Source of the DNA: Halothiobacillus sp.
GTDB taxonomy: Bacteria > Pseudomonadota > Gammaproteobacteria > JAAZVP01
Reading direction: 5' to 3'
DNA length: 64,000 nucleotides
NCBI GenBank assembly: GCA_018623495.1
Contig: JAAZVP010000004.1
Coordinates: forward strand, 2,016-66,015
The stretch's first letter is position 1; the number at the start of each line of letters is the position of its first letter. Of this stretch, positions 47,758-56,002 are shown piece by piece. A program made the translations under genes and the position numbers. The notes beneath the pieces are model-generated. The model was given only the letters and a program-made list of their open reading frames with translations, had not been told where the DNA came from and did not search any database.

Positions 47758-50443
47758 GGGCGTCTGCTCCTCGGGAATGGCGCGGCGGCAGGGGCGCGAG
47801 ATAGCCCATCAGCAGGGTCAGGCTGCCCACGGCGATGAAGGAGACGATGCGGGCCACGGTGTCCGCCCCGGCCAGGTCCACCAGGAACAGCTTGGCGATC
47901 ACCGCGCCCAGCAGCCCGGCGCCGGTCATCCAGGCGATCCGCCAGCCGCGGCGGGTGGCGGCCAACAGGAGCACCAGCGCGACCAGGCTCCAGGTGATGG
48001 AGGCGGCCGCCTGGAACACGGCGCTGTCCCACAGCGCCCCGGCATCGTGGGGCACCCCGGCATGGAAGTGCACCGCGCGGGCCACCATGCCGTTGATCAC
48101 GGCGAAACCGATGGCCGCCACCACGCCCCACTCGCGCCCGCTCATGTCGGGTCGGTCGGGGTCCCCGCGGCGCCAGCCGAGAAAGGCGATCAGCGCCAGC
48201 AGCTGGGTGATTTCCAGCGGGTTGAGCAGCGGCAGGTAGGGCAGCGGCGCGGGATCGCCGCGGGTGACGGTCAGCAGCAGCACCCCGGCGAGGGCGAATA
48301 TCGCCACCGGCCGCAGCATTGTGCGCCCGTAGAGCGTGGGAAAACGGCCCACCGGCCAGGCGAGCCGGTCCGCCAGGCGCGGCACCCCGGCCAGCATGGC
48401 GGCGGCCGCGAGCGGCCAGAGGATGGCCTCCCAGGTGGGGGACAGGCCATCGACCGCGTGCACCCACCAGCGCATCTCCCGGACCAGCAGTACCGCCAGG
48501 GACCAGCCGGTCAGGACGTGCCAGGCGCGCAGCAGGCTCGGCCCTCCCGGCCAGTGGTCCTCGAGTCGATGAAGGACCCGGTACTGGAGCGCGAAGGCCA
48601 GCAGCCAGGCGGGCAGGCCGGCGCGGGCCAGGGGGTGCTGGGCGCCGAGGGCGAACCACGTGGCCAGCAGGGCGACCAGGATCGCCGGCAGCAGGGCCAC
48701 CACCGCGCCGTGGATCGGCGGCCAGGCCAGGCGCCTCCCCAGCTGCAGGGCGAGGCCGGCGCTGGCCGCGGCCAGTGCCAGCAGGCCGTGATGGCGGTCC
48801 GGGGCGTCCAGGTGGCTCCAGAGCTCGTTGATGGCGCCCCCGAACCACCAGGCCAGTCCCCAGAGAAGCAACAGGTCTTCCAGTCCCCGCTCGTTGCGGT
48901 GCAGGCGGTCCCGGTGCCGCCAGAGCACGAGCGCGGAGAACAGGCCCGCGATCGCCGTGAGCAGTGTCCCGAGATAGAGGCCGTTGACCACCGGCAGGGC
49001 CCCGGCGGTGCTGCCGGCCTCGCCCAGCAGGGAGAGGCCCGCGGCGAGTTGCACGGCCAGGCCCGAGAGCCGCGCCAGCAGGCGCTGCTGGCGCAGCCCG
49101 ATCCAGAGCAGGGCGGCCCCCTCCAGCGCCCAGGCCGAGCCCGTCCACTGCGGGTCCAGGGCCAGCGGCACGGCCAGCGTGCCGAAGGCCACGGCGAGGC
49201 CGACGAACGCCTCGACCAGCAGGCCCAGGGCGGGGTCCCCCCTGCGGCCGATCGCGGTAGCCAGGCCGGCGTAGAACAGGGCCGCGCCCAGGGCGCTGTA
49301 GGCAGGCCCGAAGGCCAAGTCGCGCACCAGCCCGTACTGCAGGCCGAAGGCCACCAGCGGCAGCCCGAATACCAGCGTGCCGTCGACGAAGCCGCGCAGG
49401 CGTGGCGGTCCTCGCCGGGCGTAGAGCACGGGCAGCGCGGCGAAGATCAGGAAGAAGGCGAGCAGGAACGGCTCGGTGGAGGCGAAATGCTCGGGGCGGT
49501 AGGCGGTGATGCCCCAGGCGGCGCCGATGATGAAGGTGAAGGCGAAGCCGAGCAGGTTGAGCGCCCGCCAGCCACGGAACCAGGCGATGGCGAGGATGCC
49601 GAGGTCGAGCACCAGGTAGTAGCTGAACAGGGCCACGTGACTGCCTTTTTCGCCCAGGAGCACGGGCGCGAGGAAGCCGCCCACGATGGCCAGTGCCGCC
49701 AGGCTGCGGGCGTCCTGGAGCACGGCCAGGGCACTGGTGCAGGCCACCATCGCCACCATCAGCGCCAGGGCGGGTGCCTCGGCCAGCAATGCGTAGCGCG
49801 AGGCGGCGGCGAAGACCGCCAGGTAGACGATGCCCATGCCGGTGCCCTGGAGCACCAGGCCGTAGCCCCGCCGGCGCGAACGCAGCCGCCAGCCGCCGGT
49901 GGTGAGCGCCAGGCCGGCCACGACCGCGCCCACCAGGCGCAGCTCCACCGGCAGCCAGCCGGCCTCGATGGAATGCTTGAGCAGAAAGCCCACGCCGAAA
50001 AAGAGCACCACGGCGCCCACCCGGGCGAGGGTATTGCCGCCCAGCAGCCAGCCGCGAATCCGCTGCCAGGCGCGGTCGAGGGAGGTCTCGCGGGAGGGTG
50101 GCGGCCCTGGCTCGGGCTCGGGCGGGGGTTGCTCGCCGGTGGTGGTCGCTGCGGTCTCGGGCCCGGGTTCGGTGCCGGGGCCGGGCACGGGGAGGACCAC
50201 CCCGGGAGGCGGGGGTGCCGGCTCGGCGGCGGTCGGCGCCCGGGTCTCGGTGGTCCCCGGCGCCGTCGCAGGCTTGGCCTCGGCCGGAGGCCGTTCGCCG
50301 ACCGCGGCCGGCGCCGGGCCGCGCTCGAGTTCGGCGATGCGTTCCTCGAGGCGGCGCATGCGGCCAGCCATGCCGGCGAGGATGAAGGGCAGGGCGATGA
50401 AGAACAGCGCCCCGATCAGCAGGAACAGGTAGATGAGCCCCAA
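47744..50443 (-). CDS. DUF2339 family polytopic membrane protein
   Basis: GGN..ARVG.VVLFFGVGFLLK, GGFLAPVL, FVDGTLVFGLP, WALEGA, YLPLLNPLE, KLFLVDL.....RIVSFI.VG. Confidence 0.9.
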   Translation of the reverse strand: MGLIYLFLLIGALFFIALPFILAGMAGRMRRLEERIAELERGPAPAAVGERPPAEAKPATAPGTTETRAPTAAEPAPPPPGVVLPVPGPGTEPGPETAATTTGEQPPPEPEPGPPPSRETSLDRAWQRIRGWLLGGNTLARVGAVVLFFGVGFLLKHSIEAGWLPVELRLVGAVVAGLALTTGGWRLRSRRRGYGLVLQGTGMGIVYLAVFAAASRYALLAEAPALALMVAMVACTSALAVLQDARSLAALAIVGGFLAPVLLGEKGSHVALFSYYLVLDLGILAIAWFRGWRALNLLGFAFTFIIGAAWGITAYRPEHFASTEPFLLAFFLIFAALPVLYARRGPPRLRGFVDGTLVFGLPLVAFGLQYGLVRDLAFGPAYSALGAALFYAGLATAIGRRGDPALGLLVEAFVGLAVAFGTLAVPLALDPQWTGSAWALEGAALLWIGLRQQRLLARLSGLAVQLAAGLSLLGEAGSTAGALPVVNGLYLGTLLTAIAGLFSALVLWRHRDRLHRNERGLEDLLLLWGLAWWFGGAINELWSHLDAPDRHHGLLALAAASAGLALQLGRRLAWPPIHGAVVALLPAILVALLATWFALGAQHPLARAGLPAWLLAFALQYRVLHRLEDHWPGGPSLLRAWHVLTGWSLAVLLVREMRWWVHAVDGLSPTWEAILWPLAAAAMLAGVPRLADRLAWPVGRFPTLYGRTMLRPVAIFALAGVLLLTVTRGDPAPLPYLPLLNPLEITQLLALIAFLGWRRGDPDRPDMSGREWGVVAAIGFAVINGMVARAVHFHAGVPHDAGALWDSAVFQAAASITWSLVALVLLLAATRRGWRIAWMTGAGLLGAVIAKLFLVDLAGADTVARIVSFIAVGSLTLLMGYLAPLPPRHSRGADAHVPD

Positions 50444-50503
50444 TTGCGTCTCCCTGGCAAATCGTCCTTGGGCCCCACTATAGCCGATGGCCGCCGGGAG
50501 GGG

Positions 50504-51496
50504 TCAGGACCGGTCGAGCATTGCATCCAGCGCCCGGCCGAAGGCCCGGGGGGCCTCCACCCAGGGGAAATGGCCGCAGTCGTCGAGCAGCTGCACGCTG
50601 GCGAAATCGATCTCGCCGCGCATGGCGTCGAGCTGCTCGGGCATGAACAGGTCCTGGCGGCAGGAGAGGAAATGGATCGGCAGCCCCCAGCCGCGGATCT
50701 CGGCAGGGCGCACCGGCCGGCGCTCGTAGGCCTGCCAGCCGCGGATGTTGAGTTCGACGTCGAAGTCGTCCGGCGAGAACTGCCGGCCGATGGCCCGGTC
50801 GTGGAAATAGGCGGGCAGGACGCGCTCGATCTGTCGGCGGGCCTGTCCCTCGGCGTCCGTGCCCTCGCGGTTGGTGTTGTCCCAGGCGGCCGGGTCGTCC
50901 CAGCCCGGCACGTCCCCGCGCCGCTCGGCGATCTCGGTGGTGATGTGGCGCATGGATGCCAGGCCCGGGTCCACCGGGTTGAGCAGCAGCAGGCGGGCGA
51001 CCCGTTCCGGGTGGGCACGGGTGTAGAGCAGGGCCATCAGCGCGCCCCAGGAGTGGCCCGCCAGCTCGACCGGGGAGTGCCCGAGCGCCCGGCGCACGGT
51101 CTCCACCTGGCGGATCCAGGCATCCAGCAGGTCGCCGTCCACGGGGCCCTCGTTCTCGCCCACGCCCAGCATGTCCATGAGTACCACCCGGCGGCCGCTC
51201 GCCGCGGCCCGCGCCTGGACGGGCTGGAGGTTCCAGCTGGAGAATCCCGGCCCGCCGCCGAGCAGGATCAGTACCGGCCCGTCGGCCGGGCCCTGGACGT
51301 GGTAGCGAAGGGTCCGCTCGCCCATGGCGACGGTCCTCGCCGGCGTGTCGAAGCCCGCCGGGGCGGCGGGCGGTGCGGCGAGGAGCAACAGGCAGGCGAG
51401 CACTGCCAGCCGGCGGCCAGCGGACGGGGTTCGTGAAACGGGGCGCCGGCCGGTTTTTTCGCCGGGTCGGTCGATGCGGTACTGTCTCGGGCTCAC
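50504..51496 (-). CDS. Alpha/beta hydrolase (proline iminopeptidase-like), probably exported; start uncertain
   Basis: GGPG oxyanion motif, GHSWG nucleophile, D..CGHFPWVE.P; hydrophobic signal-like N-terminal stretch. Confidence 0.85.
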   Translation of the reverse strand: MSPRQYRIDRPGEKTGRRPVSRTPSAGRRLAVLACLLLLAAPPAAPAGFDTPARTVAMGERTLRYHVQGPADGPVLILLGGGPGFSSWNLQPVQARAAASGRRVVLMDMLGVGENEGPVDGDLLDAWIRQVETVRRALGHSPVELAGHSWGALMALLYTRAHPERVARLLLLNPVDPGLASMRHITTEIAERRGDVPGWDDPAAWDNTNREGTDAEGQARRQIERVLPAYFHDRAIGRQFSPDDFDVELNIRGWQAYERRPVRPAEIRGWGLPIHFLSCRQDLFMPEQLDAMRGEIDFASVQLLDDCGHFPWVEAPRAFGRALDAMLDRS

Positions 51497-51541
51497 CCCC
51501 GTGATTCTGCTCGGCCCATTTCCCGCGAACAAGGAGATTGC

Positions 51542-52102
51542 ATGGAAATCAAGGCGGCGATCTTCGCCTACCTGTTGTCCATCCCGCTCTGGATTGCCAG
51601 CTGGTACTCGGCGACCGGCTTCAGGCTCATGCGCCACAACCGGCTGCTGATGCTGCCCTTCGGCCTCAGCCTGGTCTACCTGGCCGGCAACGCGATCCTG
51701 GTGGGCGCCTTCGCCGAGGTCAGCGGCCCGGCCCAGGAGGAGGCCCGCATCGCCATCATCGCCGAGCGGTCGCTGATCGCCGTCCAGGCCACCGCGAGCG
51801 TGCTGATCGTGGCCACCATCGTCTACGGCCTGAGCATCCGCCGGGTACCGCTGCACTTCATCCGCTTCATGGTCTACGCCTTCGTGGCGATCCTCGGGAT
51901 CATGGCCCCGATCCTCTGGATCCCCGCCCAGGAGGCGTCGCTGTTCTTCGTCCTGCGCCATATCCAGGCCATCGCGCTGAACTTCGGCCTGTTCTTCTGC
52001 GTGGCCGGTATCGTGATCCTGCTCCAGGACCTGCTGACCCACGGCGACGCCCGGGTGAGCCTGGTCGGTGCCGAGACGATGGCGGAGGACGAGCGGGACT
52101 GA
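51542..52102 (+). CDS. Hypothetical integral membrane protein
   Basis: AGGAG RBS, about five TM segments, strong host codon usage. Confidence 0.8.
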   Translation: MEIKAAIFAYLLSIPLWIASWYSATGFRLMRHNRLLMLPFGLSLVYLAGNAILVGAFAEVSGPAQEEARIAIIAERSLIAVQATASVLIVATIVYGLSIRRVPLHFIRFMVYAFVAILGIMAPILWIPAQEASLFFVLRHIQAIALNFGLFFCVAGIVILLQDLLTHGDARVSLVGAETMAEDERD

Positions 52103-52472
52103 CTGCCACCCCGGGGCACCGCGCTGGCGTGAATCCCGCCCCGGATGGCCGCTCGGCAGGACCGGCGACCCCGCCCCGGTGAGAGACGGGAACGCGACGA
52201 ACAGCCCGCCAGGGACGCCGGGTCGAGGCCGGATTTCGGCCCGAACGGTACGCGAGATCCCCGTCACGTCGCTTGGATGCCCCCTGTTTCACGGCAAAAT
52301 GCAAAGACCTTTTTCATCATCGCCTGCAACCGCCGCCGGCACGGCCTGCACGACATCCTCGCCGGTTGCCCGGGCATCGAACCCTGATTCGACATCGCCG
52401 GGCCGTTTCGGTAGGTTCGTCGGTTTTGCCGGGGCGTGTGCCTCCCCCGGACACGTTGGCATGGGCGGCTGA

Positions 52473-54353
52473 ATGCGGTCTGGATGGGTCGGCAACCTGG
52501 GGGTGATGCTTATCGTCGGTCTCGGCTACTTCGCCGGGGCCTGGCTGGGCGTGACCCAGACCATCACCCCCGAGGGCATCGCCATCCTCTGGCCGCCCAA
52601 CGCCGTGGCCCTGGCGGCCCTGCTGATCCTGCCCGTGCGCCGGTGGCCCTGGGTGGTGCCGGCGGTGCTGGCCGCCGAGTTCGTCGCCGACGTGCCCGCC
52701 TTCCCGCCCTGGGCGGCCATCGCCTTCGGCCTGGTGAATCTCCTCGAGGTCTTCCTGGCGGCCGCGCTGATCCGTGGATCGAGCGCCGGGTCCTTCGATT
52801 TCGATCGCCTGTCCCGGGCGGCGCGTTTCGTGCTCTACGCGCCGGTGCTGGCCTCGGCGCTGGCGGCCGTTCTGGGTGCCGGTGTCTACCTGCTGCTGGG
52901 GCGCGGCGAGACGGGGTTCCTCTTTCTCTGGCGCACGTGGTGGTTCGGTGACGCCCTGGGCCTGTTGTTGCTCACCCCGCCGCTGGTGGTCTTCTGGCGG
53001 TGGCTGGAGGGCGGTCGGCGTGACCGGCAGGGGTCCCGGTTCGCCGAGCTGGCGCTGGTCTGGGCCGCGATCGTCGGCCTGGGCCTGCTGGCCTTCTCGG
53101 CACCCGACCCCTACCTGCTCACCGTGCAGCTCTCGCCGGTGGTGCTGCTGCCCTTCGTGATCTGGGCGGCAGTGCGTTTCGGCGTGCCGGGGGCGGCGGC
53201 CACCGTGGTGCTGGTGGCGGCGCTGGCCATCTTCGAGATGGTGCATGGCCACGCCCCCTTCGGTGACCTGCCGGCCAACTACGCCGTCTGGGTCGTGCAG
53301 GAATACCTGGCGGTGGTGGCCTTGCTCGGCACCGGGCTGGCGATCCTGCTCCACGAGATCGAGCAACAGCGACTGCAGTTGCGCCTCCAGGGGCGGGCGA
53401 TGCGCGACACCAACGATGCCATCGTGATCGCCGACGCCCGCCGGCCGGACCGGCCCATCACCTGGGTGAACGCCCAGTTCGAGGCACTCTTCGGCTACAC
53501 CGCCGAGGAGGCCGTGGGCCGCAACTGCCGTTTTCTCAATGCCCCCGAGCCGGACCAGCCCGGCCTGGACACGGTGCGCGAGGCCCTGGCCGAGGACCGG
53601 GCCTGCCGCGCGGTGGTGCGCAATTACCGCAAGTCCGGCGAGCCGTTGTGGATCGAGCTGAGCATCGCCCCGGTGACCGGCCAGCGGGGCGAGATCACCC
53701 ACTTCGTGGGGGTGCAGCACGATCTCACCGAGCAAAAGCGTATCGAGGACGAGCTGCGCGAGGCCCACGCGGCCCTCACGCGCCAGAACGCCGAGCTCGA
53801 GGAGCGGGTGAGCGAGCGCACCCGGGCCCTGCGAGAGGCCAATGCCCGCCTCGAGGAGCTGGCCTCCACCGACCGGCTCACCGGGATCGCCAACCGCTGG
53901 CACTTCCTGGAGCTCGCCGAGCGGGAGCTGGACCGGCGGCGGGCCTCGGGTGAACCCCTGGCGCTGGTGATGCTCGACCTGGACCACTTCAAGGGGGTCA
54001 ACGACCGCTATGGCCACCTGGCCGGGGACCGGGCGCTGGCGGCGCTGGCCGAATGCGTCCGGGCCACCATACGGCCACTGGATCTCTGCGGGCGTTTCGG
54101 CGGCGAGGAGTTCCTGGTGCTCCTGCCGGGGATCGATGCAGAGGGGGCGCTGCACATCGCCGAGCGCCTGCGCAGCGCCATCGCCGCCACCCCGGTCGAA
54201 TTCGACGGCCAGGCCATCCCCATCGCCGCCAGCCTCGGCGTGGCCGCCTGGGACGGCCGGTCCGGCATCGACGACCTCATCCGCCGTGCCGACGAGGCCC
54301 TCTACCGGGCCAAGGCGGCGGGGCGCAACCGGGTGGTCGCGACGGTTTCTTGA
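52473..54353 (+). CDS. Diguanylate cyclase, MASE1-PAS(LOV-like)-GGDEF
   Basis: MASE1 (WPPNA, WWFGDALG), GRNCRFL PAS, coiled coil, D.LTGIANR, DLDHFK.VND.YGH.AGD, RPLD I-site, GGEEF. Confidence 0.93.
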   Translation: MRSGWVGNLGVMLIVGLGYFAGAWLGVTQTITPEGIAILWPPNAVALAALLILPVRRWPWVVPAVLAAEFVADVPAFPPWAAIAFGLVNLLEVFLAAALIRGSSAGSFDFDRLSRAARFVLYAPVLASALAAVLGAGVYLLLGRGETGFLFLWRTWWFGDALGLLLLTPPLVVFWRWLEGGRRDRQGSRFAELALVWAAIVGLGLLAFSAPDPYLLTVQLSPVVLLPFVIWAAVRFGVPGAAATVVLVAALAIFEMVHGHAPFGDLPANYAVWVVQEYLAVVALLGTGLAILLHEIEQQRLQLRLQGRAMRDTNDAIVIADARRPDRPITWVNAQFEALFGYTAEEAVGRNCRFLNAPEPDQPGLDTVREALAEDRACRAVVRNYRKSGEPLWIELSIAPVTGQRGEITHFVGVQHDLTEQKRIEDELREAHAALTRQNAELEERVSERTRALREANARLEELASTDRLTGIANRWHFLELAERELDRRRASGEPLALVMLDLDHFKGVNDRYGHLAGDRALAALAECVRATIRPLDLCGRFGGEEFLVLLPGIDAEGALHIAERLRSAIAATPVEFDGQAIPIAASLGVAAWDGRSGIDDLIRRADEALYRAKAAGRNRVVATVS

Positions 54354-54474
54354 AGGTTTCAGAAAGGCCGTCCAGGATGGACCGGCCGGTGGCATCCCGC
54401 CGGCAGGCTCCGGCGCGGCAAGGGAGGGCCCGGGAAAGCGGGGTGCCGGAGATTTCAGCCCAGATCGTGCATCG

Positions 54475-55314
54475 ATGCCTCCCATGTCCCAACGCGTCCG
54501 CAACCGCTGTTTCGTCGTCGGCGCCTCGCGCTCCGGTACCACGCTCGTCCAGCGCACCCTCGCCGCCCACGAGCGCGTCCATACCTTTCCCGAGACGGGG
54601 GTCTTCCTCAAGGCCCTGGGCATGCGCCGGCCCGCGCCCTGGGCGTGGTTCGGCTGGAGCTCCGGCCGGGAAATCCGCCAGCTGCGGAACCTGGCCCGCA
54701 CGCTGGGGCAAGACGCCCCGCTGCCAGCGGCCCGGCCGAGACCGCTGGGACGGGCCGCCGCTCATGTCCAGGCGGCACTGGATGCCTGGGCGGAGGCGGC
54801 CGGGGCCGACTGCTGGCTGGAAAAGACGCCCCGGCATTTCATCCACGCGGGCCGCATCACGCGGCTGGTGGAAGGGGCGAGGATGGTGCACGTGGTGCGC
54901 GACGGGCGCGAGGTGGTGGCCTCCATCGTCGATCGCGCCCGGCGCTATCCCCACCGCTTTCCGCGCCAGCGCGATCCGGGCTATGCCGTACGCCTGTGGA
55001 ACCGCGCGGTACGCCACCACCGGGCCTGCCTGGGCCGGCCCGGCCACCGGCTGGTGCACTACGAGGCCCTGGTGGACGACCCGGAAGGCGTGGTCCGTTC
55101 GCTGTGCGAATGGCTGGACCTGGAGTTCTGCCCGTCGATGCTCGACCCCCGTTCCACCGCGGGCTTCGTCCGCGAGGGCGAGGCCTGGAAAGCGGGTGCC
55201 GGGCGGCCCATCCACCCCCCGCAGGGCAAGTTCGACCGGCTCTTCGACCCGGCGAGCCGGGCCCGGATCGAGCGGGCCCTGGACTGGCGCAGCTACGCCC
55301 GCCTGTCACGGTGA
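54475..55314 (+). CDS. Sulfotransferase family protein
   Basis: 5'-PSB FVVGASRSGTTL, WLEKTP.H, 3'-PB HVVRDGR.VVAS, YEALV.DPE. Confidence 0.9.
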   Translation: MPPMSQRVRNRCFVVGASRSGTTLVQRTLAAHERVHTFPETGVFLKALGMRRPAPWAWFGWSSGREIRQLRNLARTLGQDAPLPAARPRPLGRAAAHVQAALDAWAEAAGADCWLEKTPRHFIHAGRITRLVEGARMVHVVRDGREVVASIVDRARRYPHRFPRQRDPGYAVRLWNRAVRHHRACLGRPGHRLVHYEALVDDPEGVVRSLCEWLDLEFCPSMLDPRSTAGFVREGEAWKAGAGRPIHPPQGKFDRLFDPASRARIERALDWRSYARLSR

Positions 55315-55444
55315 GCCGGGGGCGCGGGAGGCGGGTTGTTGCCGGAAGGCGCCCGGCGTGGACAAAATACCCCGGTCAAGGTAGGGCAAAGACCCCGCTT
55401 TGAGTACACTGTAGAAAAAGAACGAGCGCCAATGGAGGACGAGC

Positions 55445-55906
55445 ATGGAGGAGCACGGCAACCAGAAGGGCAGCCAGGGCACGGTGCTGGTGGAGCGCGA
55501 CCGGGCGAGCATGGCCACCATCGACGTGCCCAAGGACGAGCCGGTGGACCTGGACGAGCCCGCGCTGGTGGGCGTGAGTGGTGATTTTCGTGACCAGCGG
55601 TTTCGTCTCGGGCCGGGCAAGACCACCATCGGTCGGCGACCGGACAGCGATATCGTCCTGCCCGATGACAGCGTCTCTTCCCTGCATGCCTGGATCATCA
55701 AGGACAAGAGCGGCTACCGGGTGATGAACATCCTCTCCACCAACGGCACCTTCGTGAACGACCGCAAGATCACCGAGGAGGTCGTGGAACAGGGCGACCG
55801 GATCCGGTTCGGCGGGGTGGAGCTGGTATTGCACACCGGCCTGGACGCCGGAGGCGGCACGGCCGCCGCGCCGCGGGCTGGGCGCGGTGGCTGGCCGGGT
55901 TGGTGA
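55445..55906 (+). CDS. FHA domain protein (likely frameshifted C-terminal TM; may extend to 55953)
   Basis: IGRR..SDI...D.SVS..HA, STNGTFVN, GD.I.FG; GGAGG RBS. Confidence 0.92.
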   Translation: MEEHGNQKGSQGTVLVERDRASMATIDVPKDEPVDLDEPALVGVSGDFRDQRFRLGPGKTTIGRRPDSDIVLPDDSVSSLHAWIIKDKSGYRVMNILSTNGTFVNDRKITEEVVEQGDRIRFGGVELVLHTGLDAGGGTAAAPRAGRGGWPGW

Positions 55907-56002
55907 TCGTGGCCGCCCTGGGGGCCGGCGCGTGGTTGTGGCTGGCACCATGAGCCGGGCTCGACCGGCGGTTCCCGCCCCGACGCAAGGGCATCGGAGG
56001 CA

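Noticed and set aside
47684-51436. 1250-aa plus-strand ORF
   Set aside because: Antisense shadow of the DUF2339 and hydrolase genes.
52281-52300. parS-like TGTTTCACG half-sites (also near 31340 and, reversed, near 51433)
   Set aside because: Only half of the 16-bp palindrome matches; compatible with chance.
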